A stretch of 64,000 nucleotides of DNA from Armatimonadota bacterium. GTDB lineage: Bacteria; Armatimonadota; UBA5829; DSUL01. Location: NCBI GenBank assembly GCA_039811685.1, contig JBDHZC010000001.1, positions 448,001 to 512,000 on the forward strand. Reading direction: 5' to 3'. Numbering within the stretch: the first letter of the stretch is position 1; each line of letters opens with the position of its first letter. A model generated the notes under the pieces. It was not told where the DNA came from and did not search any database. It was given only the letters and a program-made list of their open reading frames with translations. Shown here in pieces: positions 1-10,583 of the stretch. The position numbers and the translations under genes were made by a program.

Positions 1-58
1 CGCTATCTTATCAGTCTTTTCGAAAAGCACGGGCTATGGCCTCGAAAGATGTCTTGAA

Positions 59-2863
59 GTGGCTCCAGATGGAAGATTTACTCTTACACTCCTCGCTCTC
101 CAATGCCTCGCAATAGGCGTGTGCGCCCTACCCTCACATGGGATTCCAGCCGTTGTCCCGCAATGGACTGACACACCACCAGTAGTAGACGGACGCCTGG
201 ACGATGTCGCCTGGCGGAAGGCAGCCAGCGTGGGCGAGTTTCAGTGGAATGGCAGGAAAGCGCAAGCATCCACAAACGCCTATCTTGCGTACGACGGCGA
301 GGCGTTCTACGCCGGGTTCAAATGCGAGGCCCCTGCAGAATCGCTGGACGTGACCTATCTGAAAGACAATAGCCCGGTCTGGCAGGACGAATCAGTAGAG
401 CTCTTTATCGCCCCGTGGAATGCTCCTGACGCTGGAGGGCTCTACCATTTCGCTGTAAATTCCTCCAGCGCCAGAGCTTTTCTGCGCAACGAGGAAATCC
501 AGGAGAACCTCGACTGGACAGCAGCCACAGCTCTGACCGCAAAGGGTTGGAGTGCGGAAATTCGTATTCCGTTAAGTATTTTTCGACAAAAGGGCACAAA
601 CGAGGCCGCGTGGCGCATACTGTTTGGACGAAATGCGAAAGCAATAGGTGAGTCCAGTTCGTGGCCGGAGTGTGGCGGACGATTTGCTTATTTCTGGAGT
701 TTTGCTGAGCTTCTGCCTCCCGAGGGCAGACCCGGTTTTCTCGGGCGCTATCAGCCGATCACGCCGCGCTCTCGTCCTGATCGGCAGCCTGGCATTCGCA
801 CCCTGGAGGCAGCGCCTGCAGAACCGGCCATCCAGACCACCCTTATTCCCCAACCGAAACACTCCAAACCCGGCACATCGGCCTTTCGTTTGACGAAAAC
901 GACCAGAATCGTTATTCCGAAGGTCGCCTCAGGTTTGTCTGTGAGTGCCGCGCGAATTCTCGCTGACTGGATTCAAGAGAAAACTGGAATTCGTCCCATC
1001 GTCCAACGCAGATCTTCTGGAAGTCTCAAAGGTTGCATTCTTATCGCGCGCGCAGGCCAATCAGAGGCTCTGGCGCCTCTCCTCAAAGCTTACGGAGAGC
1101 GCATCAGCGCCGGGTATCCGGGCAAGGAAGGTTACGTTATCGCTGTGGACGCTCAGACTGCGGTTGTCGCGGGAAGCGACGATGCAGGCGTTTTATGGGG
1201 AGCACAGACGATGGCGCAGATGATTAGGACAAATTCGACCGCTGCGCATTCGGCAAGCGCGCCAGAGATTTCAGGGGGAGTCGTGCGAGACCGGCCGAGC
1301 TTTCCTTTTCGAAGCGTGCATCTGCTCACAGCCAAAGACACCTACGCCTTCCAGAGCAAGCTGATTCGCACAGTACTCAGCCCACTTAAGATCAACTATG
1401 TCATACTTCAGATGGATAAGTATGACTGGCACTCTCATCCAGAGATCACAGACCCGGCCAACCACGTCTCCGCATCCGACGTCAGAAAGCTAATAGCCTA
1501 CGCTAGAAACTACGGCATCACGTATATCCCGCTGGTGATGTCACTCGGGCATATGGAGTGGATATTTCGCAACGGACATCATTTGGATATAGCTGAAGAT
1601 CCCTCCAAACCTTACGCTTACTGTCCTCTGAATCCAAAGAGTTACGAGTTGATCTTCGATCTCTTTGACGAAGCCTATGAGCTGTTCGGCCGTCCGGGTC
1701 TGTTTCACATCGGGCATGATGAGTTCGATATGATCGGAAAGTTCCCAACACACGAAGAGTGCGCAAAGCTGGGGAAGGAAGAATTGTACTATCGGGACAC
1801 ACTCAAGCTCGTCGCTCACTTGAAAGCACGCGGCGCACGCGCAATGATGTGGGGAGATATACTCGAAAAGGAAGGCTTCAAACAGCAGATTGCCCGCCTG
1901 CCAAAAGACGTGATGATCGCGGACTGGCACTATGGACCAGGAGAAGACTACCCCAGTGTCGATTTCTTCAAGGAGCATGGGTATGACGTCATCGCAGCAA
2001 CCTGGTACGTTCCGGAAAACATCTATAACTTCAGCAGGTACGCCGCTGAGCACGGCGCCGACGGGATGATGCAGACGACGTGGAGCGGATGGGAACCGGC
2101 GAGTGTGGTTCTTGAAAAATGGCCGGAGCAGATGTATCAGTACATTCTGGGATCTGAGTGGGCGTGGTCGCCAGGAGCCCGTTCGTTGGACACTCTACCC
2201 TACGAGGCGCAAACCGAGTTCAACCGTCGCTGGGGTATAACTACCGTGTCTATAGACCAGAAGCAGGCGCCTGCTTCTGGAGATCTGTTCAGTGTGAATC
2301 TCGGACCGTACGCAAATGTGCCGCTGGCTGACAGTACCCGCTCCCCAGGATGGCTTGGCCTCGGGGCCGGTAACGATCTCAGCAGCCTTTCCGCCGGGCC
2401 GCAGCGACTCGGAAGCTTCACGTACCGTATTCTGGGCTCTTCAGACGGAGCGCCCGCTGCGGTAATGCTACGCGGTCCCCGTATCACAGGGCGGCTACCG
2501 CAGCAGGTGACAGGTATAGCCGTGGACAGCCACGCCAAACAACTGTGGTTCCTACAGACAACGGGATACCTGGAAGGACAAGACAGAACTGTCGGAAGCT
2601 ACACAATACACTACCATGACGGGGCGCATGAGGATGTTCCTCTTGTGTATGGGCGCAATATCCGGTCGTGGAGAGATGCGCAGCCAGTTGCGCAAACCGA
2701 AACCGCTTGGCGCGGCGTTGACGCATTGGGAAAAGCTGTGCGCTTGAGAGCCTTTTGCTGGACCAATCCCCACCCTGAGAAAATCATCCGCGCGATTGAC
2801 TTTATGGCCGTTGAGGACAGTCAGGCATCGCCCGCAGTCGTGGCGATAACGGGGGTCAAGTAG
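59..2863 (+). CDS. Secreted GH20 beta-N-acetylhexosaminidase with N-terminal CBM9/DOMON-like domain and C-terminal beta-sandwich
   Basis: Signal peptide; PVVDGRLDD..W / WQDESVELF sugar-binding-like module; GH20 domain 2 (LIPQPK...EGY); catalytic HIGHDE motif. Confidence 0.85.
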   Translation: MAPDGRFTLTLLALQCLAIGVCALPSHGIPAVVPQWTDTPPVVDGRLDDVAWRKAASVGEFQWNGRKAQASTNAYLAYDGEAFYAGFKCEAPAESLDVTYLKDNSPVWQDESVELFIAPWNAPDAGGLYHFAVNSSSARAFLRNEEIQENLDWTAATALTAKGWSAEIRIPLSIFRQKGTNEAAWRILFGRNAKAIGESSSWPECGGRFAYFWSFAELLPPEGRPGFLGRYQPITPRSRPDRQPGIRTLEAAPAEPAIQTTLIPQPKHSKPGTSAFRLTKTTRIVIPKVASGLSVSAARILADWIQEKTGIRPIVQRRSSGSLKGCILIARAGQSEALAPLLKAYGERISAGYPGKEGYVIAVDAQTAVVAGSDDAGVLWGAQTMAQMIRTNSTAAHSASAPEISGGVVRDRPSFPFRSVHLLTAKDTYAFQSKLIRTVLSPLKINYVILQMDKYDWHSHPEITDPANHVSASDVRKLIAYARNYGITYIPLVMSLGHMEWIFRNGHHLDIAEDPSKPYAYCPLNPKSYELIFDLFDEAYELFGRPGLFHIGHDEFDMIGKFPTHEECAKLGKEELYYRDTLKLVAHLKARGARAMMWGDILEKEGFKQQIARLPKDVMIADWHYGPGEDYPSVDFFKEHGYDVIAATWYVPENIYNFSRYAAEHGADGMMQTTWSGWEPASVVLEKWPEQMYQYILGSEWAWSPGARSLDTLPYEAQTEFNRRWGITTVSIDQKQAPASGDLFSVNLGPYANVPLADSTRSPGWLGLGAGNDLSSLSAGPQRLGSFTYRILGSSDGAPAAVMLRGPRITGRLPQQVTGIAVDSHAKQLWFLQTTGYLEGQDRTVGSYTIHYHDGAHEDVPLVYGRNIRSWRDAQPVAQTETAWRGVDALGKAVRLRAFCWTNPHPEKIIRAIDFMAVEDSQASPAVVAITGVK

Positions 2864-2883
2864 TAGAGGCGGCTAAGATAACG

Positions 2884-2955
2884 TGAGCCGCATTGGATTC
2901 GAACCAATGACCCTCTCCTTAAAAGGGAGATGCTCTACCCCTGAGCTAGCGGCCC
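2884..2955 (-). tRNA. tRNA-Lys(UUU), CCA not encoded
   Basis: Reverse complement GGGCCGCTAGCTCAGGGGTAGAGCATCTCCCTTTTAAGGAGAGGGTCATTGGTTCGAATCCAATGCGGCTCA folds as a cloverleaf; anticodon loop CTTTTAA; T-loop GTTCGAAT; minus-strand TATAAT at 2966-2971. Confidence 0.95.
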
Positions 2956-3020
2956 ACCGCCGAGTATTATAGACGCGCTCCGCCGAACCTCGCCAGTGAG
3001 ATTTCGAGCATCTGCGACAC

Positions 3021-4295
3021 TCAGTCCATCAGGATTGTCTGATCGCGACGCTCCCCAACGCTAACCGCCCACACAGGCACCTCGACAAGCTCTGAAATGC
3101 GATCTATGTAGGCGCGCGCATTCGCGGGGAGATGCTCCAGTTGCCTGGCTTCCACCACGGACTCACTCCACCCGGGCATCTCTTCGTACACTGGCGTAGC
3201 ACGGTTCAGGACGGTTGTATCCTGTGGAAACTGCCGCGTGATCTTTCCGTCAATCTCATAGGCAGTGGCGATCTTCAGGGACTTCTGCCCAGTCAACACG
3301 TCCAGCTTAATCAGCGCCAGACGCGAGCAACTGTTGATGCGAGATGTGAAGTTCACCGCCACCGCATCGAACCAGCCGCACCGTCTCGGCCGGCCTGTTG
3401 TCGTGCCGAACTCTGCCCCTTTCTGACGAATCGCCTCGCCTTGCTCGCCGTGCAGCTCAGTCATAAAGACACCTTCACCGACTCGAGTGGTGTAGACCTT
3501 GGCGACGCCAACCACTTCATCAATACACCGTGGACCGATCCCGGTGCCCACCGTCGCACCGCCTGAGATCGGGTGCGAAGAGGTCACGTACGGGTAGGTA
3601 CCGTGATCAATATCCAGAAGCGACCCGTGCGCACCCTCAAACACGATGGACTCGCCAGCGCCCTGAGCCTTTGAAACAAGATGAGAAGTGTCAGCAACAT
3701 GGGGAGCGATGGCTTCAGCATAGGTGCCGTACTCATCGCAGATTTCGGAAGCGTCCAAAGGCTCTCCGCCGAAGACACTCTTGATAAGACTGTTTTTGTA
3801 CTCCAATATCTCTCGCGTGCGAAGAGCGCAGCGCTCCGGGTCAATCAGATCGCAGATGCGCAAGCCCCACCGCCCGTACTTGTCCTGATAGCACGGGCCA
3901 ATTCCGCGCCCTGTTGTGCCGATTTTCTGAGAACCCCGGTGGCGCTCCTCAAGGCTGTCAAGCAGTTTGTGCCACGGCATAATCACGTGCGCGGTGCTGG
4001 AGATTTTCAGCTTGCCCGTGTCAATCCCGCGGGCGCTGAGGCTGGATAGCTCCCCGCACAGGACAGCCGGGTCTATCACGACCCCATCCGCAATGACAGC
4101 GGTCACGTTCGGGTGAAGAATGCCGGCCGGCATTGTGTGAAACTTGTAGGTCTGGTCGCCAACAACAACTGTGTGCCCCGCGTTGTTGCCACCATTGTAG
4201 CGCACCACCATGCTCGCGTGCTCAGCGAGATAGTCAACTATCTTCCCCTTAGCTTCATCCCCCCACTGAAGACCAACGACCACTGTTGTAGGCAC
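3021..4295 (-). CDS. purA: Adenylosuccinate synthetase
   Basis: QWGDEAKGK, GGNNAGHT, IGTTGRGIGP, TTTGRPRRCGW motifs. Confidence 0.98.
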   Translation of the reverse strand: MPTTVVVGLQWGDEAKGKIVDYLAEHASMVVRYNGGNNAGHTVVVGDQTYKFHTMPAGILHPNVTAVIADGVVIDPAVLCGELSSLSARGIDTGKLKISSTAHVIMPWHKLLDSLEERHRGSQKIGTTGRGIGPCYQDKYGRWGLRICDLIDPERCALRTREILEYKNSLIKSVFGGEPLDASEICDEYGTYAEAIAPHVADTSHLVSKAQGAGESIVFEGAHGSLLDIDHGTYPYVTSSHPISGGATVGTGIGPRCIDEVVGVAKVYTTRVGEGVFMTELHGEQGEAIRQKGAEFGTTTGRPRRCGWFDAVAVNFTSRINSCSRLALIKLDVLTGQKSLKIATAYEIDGKITRQFPQDTTVLNRATPVYEEMPGWSESVVEARQLEHLPANARAYIDRISELVEVPVWAVSVGERRDQTILMD

Positions 4296-4360
4296 TCTGC
4301 AATCCTTTCCCGCTCAAGTGGCGGCAATCCATTGTCTGATAGCGGCCAGATTCGGCCGCC

Positions 4361-4432
4361 CTTACATTGTAAGACATGTCGGCTATAATGCAAGCGTAAT
4401 CTTTTTGTGGGTCGCATAATGTCAATTTATGC
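4361..4432. promoter_or_regulatory. Divergent purA/LysR promoter region with a LysR-type T-N11-A box
   Basis: GCATAA-N7-TTATGC inverted repeat at 4414-4432; TATAAT at 4384-4389; palindrome CTTACA-T-TGTAAG at 4361-4373. Confidence 0.55.
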
Positions 4433-4447
4433 AGAGACGGGGAATTA

Positions 4448-5365
4448 TTGGCTGAGGCAGTGGCCACGTGGACTCTTGAACAACTCAGAACATTAGCTGA
4501 AGTAGTAAGAACAGGCAGTTTCACGCGCGCGGCTGAGACACTCAATCTCAGCCAGCCGGCTGTGAGCGTACAGATTCGCTCACTGGAGCGGGCCGTCGGA
4601 GAGGTCTTGCTGGAGAGACGTCCTCGGCGCTTGATCCTCACTGACGCCGGGCGCATTGTCCACGAATCCGCTCTGTCACTGGCTCGGCTGGAGAATGACT
4701 GTCTGGCGCATCTGAGTGATCTTAGAAGTCTGCACGGAGGTTCCTTGCGCCTTGGCGCGGGCGCAACCCCCAGCATCTTCACGCTGGCGGGGGTGTTTGC
4801 GCAGTACTACACGCGCTGGCCCAGAGTAGAGCTCAAAGTACAGATCGGACGCACGTCAGAGCTGTTGGAAGGTGTGTGGCAGGACGAACTGGACATGGCT
4901 ATCGTGTCCTCAGCAGTTTCCAGACAGGGTTTGGAGCAGTTGCCCATCTACTCAGAAACGTGCGTTGCGATCGTGGCCCAGTCTCATCCGCTTGCGGAGC
5001 GCGAAACGGTAGATTTCAAAGAGCTGAGCGCCTGTCCTCTCGTCATGCTGCCTTCTGAGAGCGGGTTTCGCGCCTTTGTCGAGACTGAGCTGGCCAAGCA
5101 GGATTTTGTGCTGACCATCTCCATGGAACTCGCAAGCCTTGAAGCGATCAAAGAGGTGGTGCGAAATGGAGCGCTGGTGTCAATCGTGCCTGAAACGGCC
5201 GTTGCCCTGGAATCAGAGAACGGTGGTATCAAGGCCCTTCCTTTGAGAAATGTCGATCTGCGTCGCCAGACGATAGCGGTTCGCCGCTCTGACAAATATG
5301 TGACGGAAGCCATGCAGGCGTTTTACAGGCTTTTGACAGAGCGCTGGCCCCCTTCAGACCGATAA
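4448..5365 (+). CDS. LysR-family transcriptional regulator
   Basis: N-terminal HTH GSFTRAAETLNLSQPAVSVQIRSLE followed by a LysR substrate-binding domain. Confidence 0.95.
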   Translation: MAEAVATWTLEQLRTLAEVVRTGSFTRAAETLNLSQPAVSVQIRSLERAVGEVLLERRPRRLILTDAGRIVHESALSLARLENDCLAHLSDLRSLHGGSLRLGAGATPSIFTLAGVFAQYYTRWPRVELKVQIGRTSELLEGVWQDELDMAIVSSAVSRQGLEQLPIYSETCVAIVAQSHPLAERETVDFKELSACPLVMLPSESGFRAFVETELAKQDFVLTISMELASLEAIKEVVRNGALVSIVPETAVALESENGGIKALPLRNVDLRRQTIAVRRSDKYVTEAMQAFYRLLTERWPPSDR

Positions 5366-5553
5366 TATGAAGAGCTATTCAGACCAAATCACAGCCTCCA
5401 GAGAACAAGATTGCACGGGTTTTGCGTCAGATAACTGGACAATGAAGAGTGCCAGGCGTTCGATTGACACAGACAAGAGCCATCTGTATACTCTACACGG
5501 CTGTCAATGGAGAGAGGGCTGAAGACTTTGCAGGCACGGAGGGCACTGGAAAA

Positions 5554-6843
5554 GTGGCGACACTGATAATTGAGGGCGGTCAACGACTGTCCGGGGATGT
5601 CACGGCAAGCGGTAGTAAAAACGGGGCTCTGGCCCTAATGGCAGCCACGCTTCTTGTCGAGGGAGAGGTCGTTCTTCACAATCTGCCCCGAATCGGTGAC
5701 GTCCAGATTATGGTCGAGATGCTCCAGGCTCTGGGCGCTCGGGCAGAGCTCTCCTCCGACGGTGTGCTGAGCGTCAATGCTTCACAGATAACGGACAGTG
5801 AGGCTCCTGCCTCTCTTGTCAAACGTATGCGCGCTTCCTTTTCAGTCCTTGGACCTCTGCTTGCTCGCACAGGATTGGCGCGTGTGGCAATGCCGGGCGG
5901 CTGCAATATCGGATCCCGACCCATCGACTTTCACATTAAGGGCATTCAGTCACTGGGAGCTTCTGTCCGCAACGACCACGGGATCGTGGAAGCGCGCGCT
6001 GAGCGACTGACAGGCGCGCGCATTTATATGGCTTTTCCAAGCGCTGGCGCGACTCAGCAGATTATGACAGCCGCCTGCCTAGCAGACGGTGTTACGACCA
6101 TTGAGAATGCCGCCTGTGAACCTGAGATTGCGGACCTTGCCCTTTTCCTGAATCGCTGCGGAGCCAAAGTGCAGGGGGCCGGCACGAACACTGTACAGGT
6201 GGAAGGAGTCGAGCGGCTGACAGGTGTTGAGCACACGATCATCCCTGACCGCGTGGAAATAGGCACGTTCGCACTGGCGGCTGTAAACACGAATGGCGAG
6301 GTTTTTATAAGAAAAGCCGTTCCGGAGCATCTCACTGCTTTGACGCAGAAACTGCAGGAGATAGGGGCGATGACACAAGCGCTGGATGATGGGCTTTTCG
6401 TGGCGTGCAAACGTACGTGCGTTGGGACAGATATTGTCACGATGCCCCACCCCGGATTTGCCACAGACCTGCAGCAGCCAATGGGCGCTGTGCTCGCCAC
6501 TGCAGATGGCACTTCTATTATCACGGAGAAAGTCTACGAAAATCGCTTTAGATATCTGGATGAGCTGAAGAGAATGGGCGCTGACGCTCATACGGAAAAC
6601 CGCACAGCCATCATCCGAGGAGTACCGCGCCTGCACGGAGCCGCCGTCACAGCCTGCGATCTGCGCGCCGGGGCGGCGCTGACTATTGCCGCTCTGGGAG
6701 CGGAGGGCATTACAGAGATTTCCGATGTTGAACACATCCACCGCGGCTACGAAAACCTGGACGGGAAGCTGAATGCGCTGGGCGCCAGAGTCCTTTCTGG
6801 CGATGCCAGTACGATGAGCGAGGTCCTTGCTTGTTTGGAATGA
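5554..6843 (+). CDS. murA: UDP-N-acetylglucosamine 1-carboxyvinyltransferase
   Basis: [18 protein letters not shown] (catalytic Cys intact), [16 protein letters not shown]; start moved to GTG 5554, which follows GGAGG. Confidence 0.97.
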   Translation: MATLIIEGGQRLSGDVTASGSKNGALALMAATLLVEGEVVLHNLPRIGDVQIMVEMLQALGARAELSSDGVLSVNASQITDSEAPASLVKRMRASFSVLGPLLARTGLARVAMPGGCNIGSRPIDFHIKGIQSLGASVRNDHGIVEARAERLTGARIYMAFPSAGATQQIMTAACLADGVTTIENAACEPEIADLALFLNRCGAKVQGAGTNTVQVEGVERLTGVEHTIIPDRVEIGTFALAAVNTNGEVFIRKAVPEHLTALTQKLQEIGAMTQALDDGLFVACKRTCVGTDIVTMPHPGFATDLQQPMGAVLATADGTSIITEKVYENRFRYLDELKRMGADAHTENRTAIIRGVPRLHGAAVTACDLRAGAALTIAALGAEGITEISDVEHIHRGYENLDGKLNALGARVLSGDASTMSEVLACLE

Positions 6844-7838
6844 CCGCCGATCTCGGGATCGATCTCGGGACTGCTAATATTATCGTCTTCCGAAAAGGCA
6901 AGGGAATTGTTCTGAGAGAGCCGTCCGTTGTTGCGATCTCCACCACAAATAACAAAATTCGCGCCGTTGGTGAGGAGGCGCGATTGATGCTTGGTCGAAC
7001 GCCGGGGAACATCGTGGCAGTTCGTCCCCTTTCTGACGGGGTCATCGCAGACTACACGACGACAGAGAAGATGCTGGAATACATACTGGCGAAGGTGTGT
7101 GGCCGCCGCAGAGTCTTCAAGCCGCGCGTCCTGGTGTCAGTGCCCTCAGGCGTCACGAATGTTGAGAAGCGCGCGGTAATCCAGGCCGCCAGGGCAGCCG
7201 GCGCTTCCGAAGCTTTCACCATTGAAGAGCCTATGGCGGCCGCAATCGGCGCTGGACTGCCCATCGCAATGCCCGGCGGAAACATGGTTGTGGACATAGG
7301 CGGCGGGACTACGGGCATAGCCGTCATCTCACTTGAAGGGATTGTCGTCAGCAATTCTCTTCGCGTCGGTGGCAACAAAATTGACGAAGTCATCACCAGA
7401 CACATCAAGAACAGTTACAACTTGATGATTGGCGACCGCACTGCCGAAGAGATCAAGATGAAAGTTGGATCTGCCTTCCCTCTAGAGCCCGAGGTGCGAA
7501 TGGAGGTGCGCGGACGAGACCTTGTGGCCGGACTGCCAAAAACTGTGGAGGTCACGAGCGAAGAAATTCGCTCCGCAATGGCAGAGCCTGTCACCCTGAT
7601 TGTGGAGCGCGTGAAGGCGACTCTTGAGCAGACCCCGCCGGAGCTGGCTTCTGATATCATAGAACGCGGCGTTATGCTGACTGGCGGAGGCGCTCTGGTG
7701 AGAGGGCTTGACCGCCTGCTTTCGCTTGAAACGAACATACCGGTGCATGTCGCCGATGACCCTCTGACCTGCGTGGCGCTTGGCACCGGGCGAGCGCTTG
7801 AGGAGATGCGGGTCATTCGCGACAGCGAAGTCGCGTAA
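6831..7838 (+). CDS. mreB: Rod shape-determining actin-like protein MreB/Mbl
   Basis: [39 protein letters not shown]. Confidence 0.96.
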   Translation: MFGMTADLGIDLGTANIIVFRKGKGIVLREPSVVAISTTNNKIRAVGEEARLMLGRTPGNIVAVRPLSDGVIADYTTTEKMLEYILAKVCGRRRVFKPRVLVSVPSGVTNVEKRAVIQAARAAGASEAFTIEEPMAAAIGAGLPIAMPGGNMVVDIGGGTTGIAVISLEGIVVSNSLRVGGNKIDEVITRHIKNSYNLMIGDRTAEEIKMKVGSAFPLEPEVRMEVRGRDLVAGLPKTVEVTSEEIRSAMAEPVTLIVERVKATLEQTPPELASDIIERGVMLTGGGALVRGLDRLLSLETNIPVHVADDPLTCVALGTGRALEEMRVIRDSEVA

Positions 7839-7881
7839 AGTCGTCTCAGCTTGTCACTCTCACCCAAAGGAGCCTTACGAC

Positions 7882-8436
7882 GTGCGCCGAATGTTGCTCA
7901 CCCTTTTTTGCCTTCTGATTTTCTCATCTGCTTCAGTGCTGGCCGACCAGACTCCCACCGATACGCCGGCGCGAGACGCTCATGCTGACGCGATCAGGGA
8001 GCTTCAGGACATGGGCATCCTGATGCCACTTCCAGAAGAGTCCTATCGCGCAGATTATCCTGTTACGCGACAGGAGCTCGCTGTGGTCGTGAGGCGTATG
8101 ATGGAGTACTACGAGGCCTCACTGCCGTCGTCAATAAAATCAGCTCTGACCCCCAACGTCTCCAGGGATGACAAATCCACAGAGACCTCAGCGGAAAACC
8201 CGAAAGGGCCGCCACAGAGCGCACCGGCCTGGCTGCAGTCCAAAGGTGTCCAAGTTCCGTCCGCGATCTTGACCTCGCCTGACAAACCAGCCACGGCACA
8301 AGACGTTGCCACCGTCCTGGCATCCGCATTCACCCGCCTCATCGAGGCTGCATCTCCAGGGTACGGGGAAGAATTGCAGGCTGACGCAGAAGGCCACCGC
8401 GCTTCCGCTCTGAAAACCCCGTCACAATCACAGTAG
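7882..8436 (+). CDS. Secreted S-layer homology (SLH)-like protein
   Basis: AAGGAG before GTG 7882; signal peptide; SLH-like motif AIRELQDMGILM...YRADYPVTRQELAVVV and a second degenerate copy (PATAQDVA). Confidence 0.7.
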   Translation: MRRMLLTLFCLLIFSSASVLADQTPTDTPARDAHADAIRELQDMGILMPLPEESYRADYPVTRQELAVVVRRMMEYYEASLPSSIKSALTPNVSRDDKSTETSAENPKGPPQSAPAWLQSKGVQVPSAILTSPDKPATAQDVATVLASAFTRLIEAASPGYGEELQADAEGHRASALKTPSQSQ

Positions 8437-8571
8437 TCCCCACCGGCAAAGCAACGTATACTGAAGGGTAGCCTCCGGCGCAGTTGCACCGATCACGCGC
8501 AGCGGAGCCACCACACTGTCTCGCCTCGATATCACTCCACAGTTCTGGTTCAGGCGTTCAAAGGAGACGGG

Positions 8572-10491
8572 ATGCTCTCTCACAAGCAGATTTTAACCTG
8601 GATCGCAGCCACAACGGTCATTCTTGCAGGTACGAAGGCTACCGGATGGACAGCGACTGGCACGCCTTTCGTCGTGGGAACGGGTCTCAAGAATCCGATT
8701 CCGTGGCACGTGTTTTATCCAACCATACTTGTGACGGTGGACCCGAGTGCTGGAATGCGGGACTGCTACTTCCAGAATGCCTTCACCAAAGCTATCAGCC
8801 CCATGACTAGAACCGGACCCATTCCAGGTGCGTGGGAAGCTTATGGCTCTTATCAGAAGTGGCTGCTGTATCTTGACCCGACGATAGCCCTGCCACGGCT
8901 GATGAGCCATGATGTCGACAGTGGGCCAAACTACACAGCAGCCTATTCGTCGTACAAGCAAGTGGGCTGCGGTATGTCGGCCAACCGCATGATCTATGGT
9001 CAATACCGCGCCAATTCCGTGAACGGCATCTATCCGGTGGACCTCAACTTCTACAACGTCCAGACTGGCGCCAACACCCCGCACGTCGTCAGCGATTCTG
9101 AGAAGATGCAGTTTTCGCACGACGGGACAACTCTGGTCTACCGGGCTGTATTCGGCGGACAAAGTGGCAAAATATACGGCGTTCTGTTCAGCGGAGGGCC
9201 TGAGTTTCTGGTATCGGACCACGACGGTTATGCGCCCTCCATTTCAGGCAATCTGGCTGCCTGGTATGAACCCAGCGGCGGAGGTTTCAACATTCTGGCC
9301 AAAGATTTGTCCACAGGAGAGACACGGACTGTGGCTTTCACGACGGCCAATCCACCGCGTCCAAGCTGCGCCAACGGGACAATTCTCTGGGAAGATGCGC
9401 GTAATCAGGGGTCCAGTGGCATTGACATCTATGGGTATGACTGGGCAAGCGCTTCTGAGTTTCCCGTAACGACAGCAGCGGGCAATCAGTTGAATCTTAT
9501 AGCGGGTGACGATCTGGTGGTCTGGACCAGCGGATCAGGCAACAACCAAACGCTGCATGCTGCCAAGATAGTGCAACCCGTGACGATTGCTGATTTTCGA
9601 GCGATCTCAGTTACACAAAACACCGTAACACTTGCATGGACGTCTTCCGGTTTTGCCAACAACCCGCCTACCGCCTATGAGCTGAGAATGCGTACTGATG
9701 GCCCTGTCACGGAGGCAAACTGGGCGAGCTCAACAGTTGTCGCAGGCCTGCCATCGCCTGGCGCTCCCGGACAACCTGAGAGCTTCCAGGTGGCAGGATT
9801 GTCCGCGGGCTATCACTACTTTGCGCTGAAGGAGCGATTACAGGACCTGTCGTACTCACAACTCTCGACATCAGTGAAAGCTTACTGCTCCGCACAGCCG
9901 GAGGCGATGGAAGCGTCAGAGGGATCTTATATCTCGATTGCGGGTGTAGTCGAAGCGGTTGGAGCTGACGGCGCGGTGTACGTTCAAAGAGACAACGCGG
10001 CGTCTGCACTTAAAGTTGGATTGTTGACAGGACAAATACCACCGCCCGCCGGACGAAACGTCATCGTAACGGGCAGGCTGGAGCAAGATTCTGTTTTCTA
10101 CGGGCCTTATCTGAATGCCTCAACGGTGTCGGACATGGTGAATAACTCAACCGTTCGCACTTATACAATGAACCAGCATACCCTGGGGGGAAATGACTCT
10201 CGATTTGGAGGGACCGCTGAAGGAGGTCTGTCAAATATCTGGCTCAGTGTAAGGATCGCCGGGCGCGTCTGGGGCATCAGCTCCTCCGGAAATACGTGGA
10301 GCTTCTACCTTCAAGACGGGTCACGTCCCCTGGACAATAGCGGTCAGGGTGTGCTGGTCGTCACATGCTTTTCTCCTCCACCTGGGTTGGTAGACGGGTC
10401 GTTTGCGACAGTCGAGGGAATCTCCCAGCTTGCCCGCTCGGGAGGCCGTCGAATTGAAGTTACAGACCCGGGCGGCGTCGTGGTGCACTGA
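8572..10491 (+). CDS. Secreted protein: beta-propeller repeats, FN3 domain and tandem OB-fold-like C-terminal module
   Basis: Signal peptide; PSISGNLAAW / ILWEDARN..DIYGYD propeller repeats; VTLAWT..YELR..YYFAL-type FN3. Confidence 0.75.
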   Translation: MLSHKQILTWIAATTVILAGTKATGWTATGTPFVVGTGLKNPIPWHVFYPTILVTVDPSAGMRDCYFQNAFTKAISPMTRTGPIPGAWEAYGSYQKWLLYLDPTIALPRLMSHDVDSGPNYTAAYSSYKQVGCGMSANRMIYGQYRANSVNGIYPVDLNFYNVQTGANTPHVVSDSEKMQFSHDGTTLVYRAVFGGQSGKIYGVLFSGGPEFLVSDHDGYAPSISGNLAAWYEPSGGGFNILAKDLSTGETRTVAFTTANPPRPSCANGTILWEDARNQGSSGIDIYGYDWASASEFPVTTAAGNQLNLIAGDDLVVWTSGSGNNQTLHAAKIVQPVTIADFRAISVTQNTVTLAWTSSGFANNPPTAYELRMRTDGPVTEANWASSTVVAGLPSPGAPGQPESFQVAGLSAGYHYFALKERLQDLSYSQLSTSVKAYCSAQPEAMEASEGSYISIAGVVEAVGADGAVYVQRDNAASALKVGLLTGQIPPPAGRNVIVTGRLEQDSVFYGPYLNASTVSDMVNNSTVRTYTMNQHTLGGNDSRFGGTAEGGLSNIWLSVRIAGRVWGISSSGNTWSFYLQDGSRPLDNSGQGVLVVTCFSPPPGLVDGSFATVEGISQLARSGGRRIEVTDPGGVVVH

Positions 10492-10583
10492 GCTTTCTTC
10501 GAATGGATTCCGAGACGCGCAAGTCCGAATTGACCTGCTCAATCGCGCTCTTTTGCGCGGAATCGCTTACTGCCGTCCCGTAC

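Noticed and set aside
2884..2955. tRNA-Lys as an integration site for an island
   Set aside because: No integrase, no duplicated tRNA 3' end and no mobile genes seen in the window
5411..5426. Sigma54-like promoter TTGCACGGGTTTTGCG upstream of murA
   Set aside because: The invariant -24 GG reads TG
6846..6870. Direct repeat GATCTCGGGA x2
   Set aside because: It simply encodes the DLGIDLG motif of MreB
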